Counted from the stretch's first letter, positions 45,535 through 55,205 are shown. The stretch is 64,000 nt of DNA from Polyangiaceae bacterium (GCA_050287085.1 JBNKBE010000013.1:32001-96000); one strand, 5' to 3'. The notes: generated by a model from the letters alone, not told the origin. A program made the numbers and translations.

Positions 45535-46626
45535 ATGGGTGATCCGGAAAGCTTCCAAGACGAGGACGACGAGGGGCCGATCTCCGCGCCCCCTTCCACG
45601 GTCTCACCGCGGGCTTTTCGTATCGAACCACTGGTAACCAGTTCAACTCCCCCTCCTGCGAGTCACGCCACCGCACTGGCGCTGACAGATCTCCTGTTGG
45701 CGGCCGCTCACTGCGACGGGGCGCTGTGCAAGCGCGAGCACTACGCCATCGAGAAACTGATGGCGCAGTTTCTCGAGAGCGAAAGCGCTCCACCTTGGAT
45801 CCGCTCACGCATCGAGCGCTTCGATCCCGCGCGCTTCAATCTGGAAAGAACCGCTCAGGCCCTAGCCATACTGCCGGCGGAGCAACGCCGCTACGTCCTC
45901 GAGCTAGCACGCCGCGTCTGCGATACCGACAACGCTTACGACCTCGAAGAAGAGCGCTTCATCATGGCCCTTACGTTGGCATTGCGCCTCGGCGGCGACA
46001 AGGCGGCGGATCTGATGGTTGTGCCGGCAGCTTCCATCCACGGCGCCCCCAAGCGAGCGTTCGACATTCTGTTCTCGCTCACCTTTCTGCTCCTGGCATG
46101 GCCCCTATTGTTAGTCTTGGCCCTGCTGATCAAGGTTACCTCTCCGGGCCCGGCATTGTTCATCCAGACGCGCTATGGCGCCGACGGCAAGGACATCCAG
46201 GTTTGGAAATTTCGCACCATGACCGTCACCGAGCAGGGCAGCGCAGTACGCCAGGCCACCCGTAACGATCCAAGGATCACCCGATTGGGAGCGTTTCTGC
46301 GGCGCACGTCGCTGGATGAACTGCCGCAGTTTGTAAACGTTCTGCTCGGCGACATGTCGGTGGTGGGGCCGCGTCCTCATGCCCCGGCCCACAACGACTA
46401 CTACCGCACCCAAATCCTCGAGTACACCCTGCGCCACAAGGTGAAGCCGGGGATCACGGGCTTGGCCCAGGTGCGGGGCTGGCGCGGCGAAACGGACACC
46501 CTCGACAAGATGGTCAATCGCGTGGCCAGCGATCTGGAGTACATTCGCAGCCAGAGCCTGCTGCTGGACATCAAGATCATATGGCTGACGGTGTTCGGTA
46601 GCTCGGCGCGAAGCAACGCGTACTAG
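45535..46626 (+). CDS. TerB-like domain fused to a monotopic phosphoglycosyl transferase (WcaJ/PglC catalytic domain)
   Basis: N-terminal LLLAAAHCDG..RE and RVCDTDNAYDLEEERF; C-terminal KRAFDI, KFRTM, DPRIT, LDELPQ, GDMSVVGPRP, KPGITGLAQV. Confidence 0.85.
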   Translation: MGDPESFQDEDDEGPISAPPSTVSPRAFRIEPLVTSSTPPPASHATALALTDLLLAAAHCDGALCKREHYAIEKLMAQFLESESAPPWIRSRIERFDPARFNLERTAQALAILPAEQRRYVLELARRVCDTDNAYDLEEERFIMALTLALRLGGDKAADLMVVPAASIHGAPKRAFDILFSLTFLLLAWPLLLVLALLIKVTSPGPALFIQTRYGADGKDIQVWKFRTMTVTEQGSAVRQATRNDPRITRLGAFLRRTSLDELPQFVNVLLGDMSVVGPRPHAPAHNDYYRTQILEYTLRHKVKPGITGLAQVRGWRGETDTLDKMVNRVASDLEYIRSQSLLLDIKIIWLTVFGSSARSNAY

Positions 46627-46710
46627 ACAAGCCTCAACAGCCCGCGGTGGCTTGGCTAAGAGAGCTGCTAGGCGGCGTGTGCCACGCCCTCAACGCCCAA
46701 GCGCACGGCC

Positions 46711-47916
46711 CTATTGCTCTGCGGCGGATTGTGCCCGGCGGCGTACCTGGTGCGACGAGCTCGGTGCCTGGCGCGAGGCGCTCGGCGGGGCGCTCGGCGC
46801 GGCGCGCACTTCGGACCGAGGCCTGAGCGCCGCTGTAACGCTTACAACCGAGCCGCGAGTGGCGTCACGCCCCTGCGGAACCCCCGCAGACCCTCGGCCG
46901 CGCAGCAACGCCCGGGCGCCTCGGGCCGTCCCACGCGGCGGTCCCCCGAGCCACCGCTGCTCGAGCTCCAGAAACGAGGCCTCCCGCCCCGAACGGCGCG
47001 CAAGTTCAAGCAGTAGATCGCTGCGATAGGAGCTCAGGAGCAACCCGCAAAGCGCTCCTAGCCCAAGCGCTAGACGCCGCGGCCAAGGTCGACGCGAAAG
47101 CAAGCTCTGCGCCGCCACGGGCGACGCGCCGGCTGCCTCCGGCTGGGACGGCTGAGCCATCGGCGACCCCGCCGCGATAGTCGCACGCGGCAGCGCCACC
47201 ACCTCGGAGGAGTGGGGCAACGCCGGATAGGTTCCCGAGGCGGCAACACCGGTCACGGTCCGCGACTCGGGTCCGAGCGGCGCGCCCGTCGGAGGCGACG
47301 CCCCGATGGGTGATGAAGTCCCAGCCGAAGCCACTGTCCGCACCAAAGGCACAGGCAAAGTCTCCATGGCAAGGCGAGGGGGCAACAGCGTTGGCTCTCG
47401 CGCGGGCGTCGTCGCTGGGCGCCCCGCGGGCGGCGAACTCGGGCTCCGGGCGCGTGTCTGCCGCAAACTGGACGGGGCACTCGAAGGGGGGGCGAGCTTC
47501 ACGCGCGGCTGAAACTTCGCTGGCGCGTCCGCCATTTCCCCGCGACGCGGCGTCCCGCGATTCGGAGGTTTGGAACGCCGGGGCGGCGGAGGAGGCGCGG
47601 AGCGAGGCCCGCGCTTGGACGGCGCTGACGTGTCCGCCCCCTGATCGACGGCCGGGGTCGCTGCATCAAGCCCGGCCACCGCGGCAAGGGTCTGCCAGCG
47701 AAGCATGCCGTGGGTCCAAACCAGGGTTTCCTCGTCTACCACCCCAAGCTGATAACAGTCGTCCAATTCCTCCAACGTTAACCTACGAACGTTGTCCGGC
47801 GCAAAGAGCACGTGATACGTCTCTTCCGCACTGCTTTCCGCCGGTCTGGGGGCATATGCTGAGGCCCCCGTCGTACCCGCGGGTCCGGCGTGAGGGCGAA
47901 CCTGACTTGGAGACAT
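46711..47916 (-). CDS. GYF_2 (DUF4339)-domain, Pro-rich single-pass membrane protein
   Basis: LTLEELDD..GVVDEETLVWTHGMLRWQTL, long low-complexity linker, TM near the C-terminus. Confidence 0.7.
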   Translation of the reverse strand: MSPSQVRPHAGPAGTTGASAYAPRPAESSAEETYHVLFAPDNVRRLTLEELDDCYQLGVVDEETLVWTHGMLRWQTLAAVAGLDAATPAVDQGADTSAPSKRGPRSAPPPPPRRSKPPNRGTPRRGEMADAPAKFQPRVKLAPPSSAPSSLRQTRARSPSSPPAGRPATTPAREPTLLPPRLAMETLPVPLVRTVASAGTSSPIGASPPTGAPLGPESRTVTGVAASGTYPALPHSSEVVALPRATIAAGSPMAQPSQPEAAGASPVAAQSLLSRRPWPRRLALGLGALCGLLLSSYRSDLLLELARRSGREASFLELEQRWLGGPPRGTARGARALLRGRGSAGVPQGRDATRGSVVSVTAALRPRSEVRAAPSAPPSASRQAPSSSHQVRRRAQSAAEQ

Positions 47917-48347
47917 TGTAGAATCTGTGAAGTAGAATCTGCGAACCCGAGAGCGTGGACGCAACAAGCACCAGCGGCGCCAATTATGACTCTGCCGCTC
48001 GCTAAAAGGTGAAAAAATGGCGGCCCCATAGCGGGAGCGAACACGTGACCGCTATCGTCGGCTGGAAAGCCTGACGCCGCCTCCTTCTGGACCGGTCGCT
48101 AACAGGGGGCCTTGAATATCCACAAGGCTGGCATAGCTGCGCAGAGTGAGCGCAGCCTTGGCGCGCCGCCCGGAATGAATGGGCGCAAAAGGAAACCTGC
48201 GGCGACCGAACGCGCCCAAACTCACCAATTCGGTGTACGGTCTGACCCTGGAGAAGGCGCCGTGGAGCGTTGCTGCGCTGCAATCCATCGACTCGGAGCA
48301 CCACACATGCCAGATGCTTCGACTTCCCAACGACAGTTCCAGGTTCC

Positions 48348-49091
48348 ATGATTGAAGCAAAATTGTCACCCATGGCCCCTTCTGACGCCGCTTGGCGGCC
48401 CTCCCGTGGGTGGTATTCTGTAGCTACTTGGCTTCTCCTCGTTGCAGTAGCCACGCTCGGCCTTGGCTTCTACTGGCCACTGCATAAGGCCTACGACCTG
48501 CTGGCGACTGAACTCAACGCCGAGCAGCGGGCCAACGACCAACTATCCCAGTCTCACAGGGACGTTGAAGCGCGCCTGGCGAAGGTGGAAAGTGAGCGAG
48601 AGCACTTGCAGGAGTTCAAGGCTGCTCTGGAACGCGCACGTCAACGCTACGCGGAGATGCCAGCACAACTGCGTGAGCTAGCCCAGGAGCCGCTGCGCTC
48701 CGAACTGGAAAGCGGCAGCCTACAACCTGAAGCGACGCGAAGGGGGCTCAGAGTATCCTTTGCCGACCGAAGACTGCTGACGCCAACCGGGAGTGAACTA
48801 GCGTGGCGTGGGCGTCGTCTTCTCTGTCCGCTGGTGGTTGCCGGAAGGGCCCTCGGCGCGACCCAAATCGTTGTCCGCGCCGGTCTCGCAACGAATGGGA
48901 AACGTCCCGCGGCGACCTCGGCGTGGAGAAAGGCGACAAGACGGGCGACGGCGGTCGCGGCGCTTCTGCCCAAATTGTGTGATCTTTCGGGAAGCTCGGT
49001 ATCCGTAGCCGCTGCACCTAGTGCGGAAAGTGCACCGCTGCTTCAGTTGGAGCTGTACAGCCCGAACGAACTCACGGAACCCAGCCAATAG
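48348..49091 (+). CDS. TM plus coiled-coil protein with degenerate MotB/OmpA-like C-terminus
   Basis: TM helix, heptad-rich segment, GLRVSFADRRLL..AWRKATRRATAVAALL. Confidence 0.55.
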   Translation: MIEAKLSPMAPSDAAWRPSRGWYSVATWLLLVAVATLGLGFYWPLHKAYDLLATELNAEQRANDQLSQSHRDVEARLAKVESEREHLQEFKAALERARQRYAEMPAQLRELAQEPLRSELESGSLQPEATRRGLRVSFADRRLLTPTGSELAWRGRRLLCPLVVAGRALGATQIVVRAGLATNGKRPAATSAWRKATRRATAVAALLPKLCDLSGSSVSVAAAPSAESAPLLQLELYSPNELTEPSQ

Positions 49092-49265
49092 CATTGTCTG
49101 GCCCGGCGCCGAGGCTGGCAGTGCCCGCGCCGACTGCACCGCGCCGACTGCCACCGCGGGTGTCCGTCTACTTTCCGACCCGCCGCCCTGGCAAAGAAGG
49201 AAGCGCGCGAGCGTCGCTCCCGGCTAGGGATGGTGCTAGCCACAGCGTGTGGGCGTATTCGTCGG

Positions 49266-49303
49266 CCAGGTTGGGGGCGTAATGGGAATGTCGCCTGACG
49301 TGC
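49266..49303 (+). ncRNA. Candidate Na+-sensing (DUF1646 motif / Na+-I) riboswitch
   Basis: CCAGGTTGGGGGCGTAATGGGAATGTCGCCTGACG: GGCG/CGCC stem around TGGGAATGT, directly before the ktrB RBS. The match is to my recollection of the motif and is unverified. Confidence 0.5.
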
Positions 49304-49316
49304 GGAGGGGGTCATC

Positions 49317-51404
49317 ATGAGCCAAGCTCCACACGACGAAGCAACATCAGGTCGAGCAGCGTCGCCCGCTCCCCGCACTCGCTTGCGCGCCCGCCCCTGC
49401 ACCCGAGCAAGCGGCATGTTGCTAGGTGCGGCGCTCTTGCCGCTGGGCCTCATCGATGAGCTCCACGGTGCATTCTGGGAAGCCGGTGCGGTGTGGCAAC
49501 TATCGGCACTGGCGCTCTCGGCTCTCATGTTGCTTTCCGGAGCGCTCATACACCGTCGCCCTCGAGGTGGACGTATCGGCGCCTCCGCAAGCGTACTCGG
49601 GCTCCTATTGCTGGAAGTGCCGGGTCTAGCGACCGCGCCGTCCGCGACCCTCGTCTGGCTCCTGGCTGCTGCAACGGCCCTTGCCCTGTTGTGGGATGTG
49701 GATGCCACCTGGCGTCGAGTTCGGGTCTCGCGCCGTCCGCTCTGTCGCGGCCAAGCCCAGGGCGCGTCCTTCGTATTCTTGATAGCGTGGCTGCAATGGT
49801 CTCTGGACGCCCGGCCCGGCGCATGGGTCCAGGAGGCGTCGATTGGTTGGTCCTTGCTATGGACGCTCGGATTGGGGGTCGAAAGCGCGTTGCGGGTTCG
49901 AGCAACGCAAACGGCACGCGCCCACTGGATCCTGGGCGCCACGCTGCTCACCGCCCTCGCCGGTCTAGCGCTCGACCGCTCCTACTTCTGGATCGCCAGC
50001 GCCATCACGGGCTTGGTCATCGCCGTGGCGGTTCACTCCCGAAGCGCGTTGCGCCGCAGCGTAGGTCATAGCGAATGGTGGGAGTCCCTGCTCGGACATC
50101 CAGAGCGCTTGTTTGTAGGCACTTTTGCCGCCCTCTGCGGGCTCGGTACAGTGCTGCTCGCTCTGCCCCAGAGCTCGGCTACGGGCGAGCGCATTCCCTT
50201 CGCAGACGCCGCATTCACCGCGGCGAGCGCCGTATGCGTTACCGGCCTCGCCGTCCAGGACACCCCCGTTGCGTTCAGCGGACTTGGGCAGGCCATACTC
50301 CTGCTGCTCATCCAAGTCGGTGGCCTTGGCATCATGACGTTCTCAACGGCCGCCCTGTGGGCGCTCGGACGGCGCATGAGCCTGCGCTACGAGGGCGCCA
50401 TGGCTAGCTTGCTCAGCACTCGTGACCGGGGGCAGCTCTACCACACTGCGCGCAACATCCTGGGCTTGACCGCCATCACGGAAGCGGCGGGCGCATTGGC
50501 GCTGAGCGGTGCTTTTCTAGCCCAGGGTGATTCGCTCGGCACCGCGCTTTGGCGAGGGACCTTCACGTCGATCTCCGCATTTTGCAACGCTGGATTCGCT
50601 CTGCAAAGCGACAGCCTCGTCGGCTACCAGAACTCACCTCTCATCCTCCACACCGTCGCCGTGCTCATCATGCTGGGAGGCCTCTCGCCCGTGGTGGTCT
50701 TCGCGCTACCCGGCCTGCTCCGTCGTTCACCCTCGCCGGCCCCGGCGCAAGTGTACCTGGCTCTCACCGCTACAGGCGCGTTGTTGCTTTCGGGCTTTGG
50801 CGCCTATCTAGCCTTCGAGTGGCAAGCTTCCCTCGCATCGCTGTCCTTCTGGGACAAGCTGCACAACGCGTGGTTTCAGTCGGTCACCTTGCGAACCGCT
50901 GGCTTCAATTCCGTGGACCTGACGGCCACACGCCCCGCCACTCTGACCCTCATGCTGATCTGGATGTTCATTGGAGGTAATGCAGGCGGCACTGCTGGTG
51001 GCGTCAAGACGAGTACCGTCGGTGTCCTGCTCCTGTCGGCCATCAGCGCGATCCGCGGCCGCTGGACGCTTGAACTATTTGGGAAGAGAATCGCGGATCG
51101 CACGCGTGCGAAAGCCGCCACTACCGTCACCATCGCGCTCCTGGGCGCTTTTGTTGCGTTGCTGGCGGTGCAGCTCACACAAAACATGCCGACTAAACTC
51201 GCCGTATTCGAGGTCATCTCAGCGCTCGGCACGGTAGGTTTGACCATCGGCGGGACGGCGCGGCTCGATAGTGTTGGCAAGATGGTCATCACCGCTTGCA
51301 TGTTTGTTGGACGCGTGGGTGGCGTCACCTTGCTTATGTTCCTCAGCAGTCGACGCCCGACGCCACCTTTGGGACGTCCAGAAGAAGAGGTCGACGTCGG
51401 CTGA
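49317..51404 (+). CDS. ktrB: KtrB/TrkH potassium uptake membrane subunit with long N-terminal TM extension
   Basis: Four pore loops: SAVCVTGL, SAFCNAGF, LRTAGFNS, SALGTVGL; MFIGG..GTAGGVK. Confidence 0.92.
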   Translation: MSQAPHDEATSGRAASPAPRTRLRARPCTRASGMLLGAALLPLGLIDELHGAFWEAGAVWQLSALALSALMLLSGALIHRRPRGGRIGASASVLGLLLLEVPGLATAPSATLVWLLAAATALALLWDVDATWRRVRVSRRPLCRGQAQGASFVFLIAWLQWSLDARPGAWVQEASIGWSLLWTLGLGVESALRVRATQTARAHWILGATLLTALAGLALDRSYFWIASAITGLVIAVAVHSRSALRRSVGHSEWWESLLGHPERLFVGTFAALCGLGTVLLALPQSSATGERIPFADAAFTAASAVCVTGLAVQDTPVAFSGLGQAILLLLIQVGGLGIMTFSTAALWALGRRMSLRYEGAMASLLSTRDRGQLYHTARNILGLTAITEAAGALALSGAFLAQGDSLGTALWRGTFTSISAFCNAGFALQSDSLVGYQNSPLILHTVAVLIMLGGLSPVVVFALPGLLRRSPSPAPAQVYLALTATGALLLSGFGAYLAFEWQASLASLSFWDKLHNAWFQSVTLRTAGFNSVDLTATRPATLTLMLIWMFIGGNAGGTAGGVKTSTVGVLLLSAISAIRGRWTLELFGKRIADRTRAKAATTVTIALLGAFVALLAVQLTQNMPTKLAVFEVISALGTVGLTIGGTARLDSVGKMVITACMFVGRVGGVTLLMFLSSRRPTPPLGRPEEEVDVG

Positions 51405-51440
51405 GCCTCGGCCCTTCGCCGCTTAAACTTGGATCACGCT

Positions 51441-52097
51441 ATGAATCGTCAAGCACTCATCATCGGTCTCGGGCAATTTGGCATGGCAGTCGCTCGCGCT
51501 TTGGCGAACCGCAACGTCGAAGTCCTCGCCGTCGACTGCCGTGAGGAGCGCGTACGCGCAGCTTCCGCCTTCGTAACGGAGGCGGCAACACTCGACGCCA
51601 CGGACGACGCGTTGCTCGCTCGCACCTTTCCTGAAAGGCGAGACGTCTGCCTCTGTGCCATCGGAGATGAAGCCAAAGAAGCCTCGATCATCTGCACGGC
51701 CCTGCTCAAGCAGATGGGAGCGCCGCGTGTCATCGCCCGCTCCAACGACGATCTACACGCAAGGATCCTCACCCTTGTCGGCGCCGACCACGTGGTCAAT
51801 CCGGAGCGTGAATATGGGGATCGCTTCGCAAATCAGATTCTTCACCAGGGTATCCGGGGCGAAATGCTGCTTGGAGAAGGCGTGCTGATCACCGAGATCG
51901 CCACGCCCCGACAATTCGTGGGCCAGACCTTGTCGACCTTGCGCTTGCCCAATCGCTACGGAGTTACCGTGGTGGCAATTCGACGCGGAAAGTCAGGCGC
52001 CGTGGTCATGCCCTCCCCGGATACGCGACTCGAAAGCGACGACGTCATGGTTGTCGTCGCCCAGGAGAGAGCCGTGGCACAAATGCTGGAGGCCTAG
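51441..52097 (+). CDS. ktrA: KtrA/TrkA RCK regulatory subunit
   Basis: IIGLGQFG, VVNPERE, RCK_C FVGQTL..VVAIRR. Confidence 0.92.
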   Translation: MNRQALIIGLGQFGMAVARALANRNVEVLAVDCREERVRAASAFVTEAATLDATDDALLARTFPERRDVCLCAIGDEAKEASIICTALLKQMGAPRVIARSNDDLHARILTLVGADHVVNPEREYGDRFANQILHQGIRGEMLLGEGVLITEIATPRQFVGQTLSTLRLPNRYGVTVVAIRRGKSGAVVMPSPDTRLESDDVMVVVAQERAVAQMLEA

Positions 52098-52223
52098 GGC
52101 AGCCGTGGGGTCCGGTCCAAACCCACGGCCACACCTGCGCATAGGAGCCGTTTCGAACCGCCGGTCCCGACCTATCGCCGAAAAACCAACCGAGAACTGC
52201 GCCCCCTGATTTAGAGTCGACGC

Positions 52224-52880
52224 ATGGAACTTCGTCGTGAGCTGCTTGTGAGCATCGGTGCTCTGGTAGGTCTGAGTCTCGCATTCATCTTCTTCGCCAT
52301 TGGGCTCTTCGTACGCATGGGCCCAGCTATCGAACGCATCCTGCAAGACAACGTCTATTCGATCGTTGCCGCTGAAGAAGTCCTGGCCGAACTGGCCGAG
52401 TCGGGCCCCGGCCCGCTCACGCCGGAGGCAACGGCCCGCGTGCGCGCCTCGCTCGCTCACGCTCAGCAGAACGTGACCGAAAGCGCTGAGCGCCCTGCTC
52501 TTCAGGGGCTCCGCGTGCAACTGGACGCGCTGGCAGCGGGGGCCCCTGGAGCGCGCCAGCAGACCGTTGAAGCGCTGCGCTCGCTCATTCGCGTGAACCG
52601 TGAAGCTATGCAGCGCGTCGACGAGGATGCGCGTCGCATGGGAAACGCAGGCGCGTGGGCCGCGGTGCTCGTGGGCTTCATTTCTTTCCTTTTGAGCCTA
52701 TACGTCTTGGTCCGCTTGCAAACGCGTATGGTGCGTCCGCTCGTCGACCTCTTCGAAGTGCTCGAAGCAGTCCGCGCAGGCAACCGTCTGCGCCGCTGCC
52801 GAAGCGGGCCTGCACCCCGTGAAGTAGAACGAGCCACCCAGGCCGTCAATTGGCTGCTCGATGAGCGGATACAGCGATAA
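52224..52880 (+). CDS. Two-TM periplasmic sensor with HAMP-like tail and no output domain
   Basis: TM, AIERILQDNVYSIVAAE helical sensor, TM, RPL..HAMP-like segment, stop. Confidence 0.7.
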   Translation: MELRRELLVSIGALVGLSLAFIFFAIGLFVRMGPAIERILQDNVYSIVAAEEVLAELAESGPGPLTPEATARVRASLAHAQQNVTESAERPALQGLRVQLDALAAGAPGARQQTVEALRSLIRVNREAMQRVDEDARRMGNAGAWAAVLVGFISFLLSLYVLVRLQTRMVRPLVDLFEVLEAVRAGNRLRRCRSGPAPREVERATQAVNWLLDERIQR

Positions 52881-52891
52881 ACGTCGAGCGA

Positions 52892-53257
52892 CTAGTGGTC
52901 GGCGCCAGGGTGACCCTGCCGCAATTGAACCGTCGGCTCTTCCCACGTGTTGAGTTGGGCCGGCGTGCGCACCCGAACGAGCGTGGAACCGAGCCGCAGG
53001 ACATCGCTTGGAGAGAGGTGGGCACGTCCCTGCAGACGCACCCCGTTCAAGAACGAACCATTGGAGCTGCCGAGATCGCGAACGGTGACTCCGCTCCTGC
53101 CAAAACACACCTCCACGTGCACCCGCGAAATCTGCCGATCGCCGGGGATGGCGACATCAGCGGCACTCCCGCGCCCCAGCGTCATCACGTCCGCCGATGG
53201 CCGAATCTCGTCGTGGCCCACAAGCAGAATGTAGCGTTGTCTCGACAGCTGACCCAT
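52892..53257 (-). CDS. Stand-alone FHA-domain protein
   Basis: TLGRG, ISRVH, DLGSSNGSFLNG. Confidence 0.92.
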   Translation of the reverse strand: MGQLSRQRYILLVGHDEIRPSADVMTLGRGSAADVAIPGDRQISRVHVEVCFGRSGVTVRDLGSSNGSFLNGVRLQGRAHLSPSDVLRLGSTLVRVRTPAQLNTWEEPTVQLRQGHPGADH

Positions 53258-53555
53258 GGTTGTGATCTCGCACTCGATGTCCGACCCTAACGCCTAAAGA
53301 CGAACTCTAGCCACCCTATCGACTCAGACATGAGCAAGATGCGACGCTGGGCCGGCTTTTTGGGTGCCGCTCCTCGTCACAGAGGAGACACCCAAGCGGC
53401 ATGCTCCGCGGTGTTGGACTTCCGGCTCTCGGCCAATCGGGTCCAAAGGGTCGCCATGCCGGACGCTAGAAGGTTGTCGCCGGGTCATTGTGCGCCTAGG
53501 CTCCGCTTCTGCGACGCTCGAACAAAGCGGCTTCACCTACGCCCTCCGGAGAACC

Positions 53556-54023
53556 ATGAACATCGATATCGGCATAGATCCAGATAAGCGAGAGCAGATC
53601 GCCCAAGGGCTTTCCCGTGTGCTCGCTGACACCTACACGCTCTACCTCAAGACGCACAACTTTCACTGGAACGTCACCGGGCCAATGTTTCAAACCCTGC
53701 ATCTCATGTTTGAGACGCACTACACCGAGCTGGCCCTAGCCGTTGATCTGGTCGCTGAACGCATCCGTGCCCTGGGCTTGCCCGCGCCTGGGACGTACAA
53801 GCAGTTCGCGGAGCTGTCGGCGATCGCGGAGGACGACGGTGTTCCGGCCGCAAAGGAAATGATTCGGCTACTCGTGCAAGGACACGAGACGGTCGCGCGC
53901 ACCGCTCGCGAGGTGTTCAAGCTGGCAGAAGGCGTCAGCGATCAGCCGACGTGTGATCTCCTCACGCAGCGAATGCAGGTGCACGAAAAAACGGCCTGGA
54001 TGTTGCGCAGTCTACTCGAGTAG
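53556..54023 (+). CDS. dps: Dps ferritin-like protein
   Basis: KTHNFHWNVTGP, LHLMFE, DLVAERIRALG, HEKTAWML. Confidence 0.97.
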   Translation: MNIDIGIDPDKREQIAQGLSRVLADTYTLYLKTHNFHWNVTGPMFQTLHLMFETHYTELALAVDLVAERIRALGLPAPGTYKQFAELSAIAEDDGVPAAKEMIRLLVQGHETVARTAREVFKLAEGVSDQPTCDLLTQRMQVHEKTAWMLRSLLE

Positions 54024-55189
54024 TGCGAACCCTTCTCTACGCGTGGCTTCCGGTATCCGTGCTCGGCGGAGCGCACTACTACGCCTACGCGCGGCTGATT
54101 CGTGATCCAGCTTGGCCGGAGCCCCTGCGCCACGCAGCGGTCGCCGCTTTACTCGTGCTCTTCGCTGGGCTGCTAGCGGCAATCACCCTGCGAAACCGGG
54201 TGCGTCTCTCCCGACGCGTCAGCACCGCTCTCGCACGCGCTGGGTACGTTTGGCTCGGGACCTTATTCGTGCTCACGACAAGCCTGGCGCTGGTCGATAC
54301 CTTAGGCGTCGCTCTTCGACTGCTGACGGGACCGATGCTCGACCCTGCAGCGCTCCGGCTGCGTGCCATCGTGGGTGCGGGTTTGGCCGCAACGCTGGTC
54401 GCGATAGCGCTCGCCGGAGGCGCTGGAGTGCCTCCGGTCCGACGCGTTGCCGTCCGCTTGGCGCGCTGGCCCGCCGCCTCCAACGGCTTCAGCATCGTGC
54501 AGCTCTCCGATGTGCATATCGGCTCAAGCCTAAAAGGGGCCTGGCTTGGGCGGGTTGTGGCGCGGGTCAACGAATTGTCGCCGGATCTCATCGTCATCAC
54601 CGGCGACCTCGTGGACGGGTCGGTGGCAGCACTCCGCCACGATGTCGCTCCCCTCGCCTCGTTGCGAGCGAAACACGGCGTGTATTTCGTCACCGGCAAC
54701 CACGAGTTCTACGCGGGAGTCGAGCCGTGGTTGCGGCACCTCACCGAACTCGGCGTGCAGGTTCTCAGCGGCCGATGCGTCCCCATCGGCGCGGGGGACA
54801 GCGCCTTCGATCTCGTGGGCATTCACGATCCTTCGTCCCGCTACTATGGCTCCCACTACGCCACGGATCTGGCGGCGCTCCTGGCCCAACGGGTCCCGTC
54901 ACGCGCTGTAATCGCTCTCGCTCACCAGCCGGCTTCAGCTCCCGAGCTGGCCGCGGCAGGCGTCGACCTACAGATTTCGGGGCACACTCATGGCGGTCAG
55001 ATCTGGCCGTTTTCCTGGCTCGTGCGCCTGAATCAACCCTACGTCGCCGGCCTGCACCGCCACGGGGACCAGATGCAGATCTACGTCAGCCGAGGCACCG
55101 GCTATTGGGGCCCCCCCATGCGGCTCCTGGCGCCGGCCGAAATCACCCAGCTGGTGCTCTCAAGGAACACCACGACGCAGAACGCGTAG
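54023..55189 (+). CDS. Membrane-anchored metallophosphoesterase
   Basis: SDVH, GDLVD, GNHE, AHQP, GHTHGGQ; TAGTG coupling to dps. Confidence 0.92.
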   Translation: MRTLLYAWLPVSVLGGAHYYAYARLIRDPAWPEPLRHAAVAALLVLFAGLLAAITLRNRVRLSRRVSTALARAGYVWLGTLFVLTTSLALVDTLGVALRLLTGPMLDPAALRLRAIVGAGLAATLVAIALAGGAGVPPVRRVAVRLARWPAASNGFSIVQLSDVHIGSSLKGAWLGRVVARVNELSPDLIVITGDLVDGSVAALRHDVAPLASLRAKHGVYFVTGNHEFYAGVEPWLRHLTELGVQVLSGRCVPIGAGDSAFDLVGIHDPSSRYYGSHYATDLAALLAQRVPSRAVIALAHQPASAPELAAAGVDLQISGHTHGGQIWPFSWLVRLNQPYVAGLHRHGDQMQIYVSRGTGYWGPPMRLLAPAEITQLVLSRNTTTQNA

Positions 55190-55205
55190 GGCCTGCGCCC
55201 CCGCG

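Noticed and set aside
49200..49316. c-di-AMP (ydaO) riboswitch upstream of ktrB
   Set aside because: I cannot see the long two-fold-symmetric ydaO architecture; only a short hairpin motif is evident.
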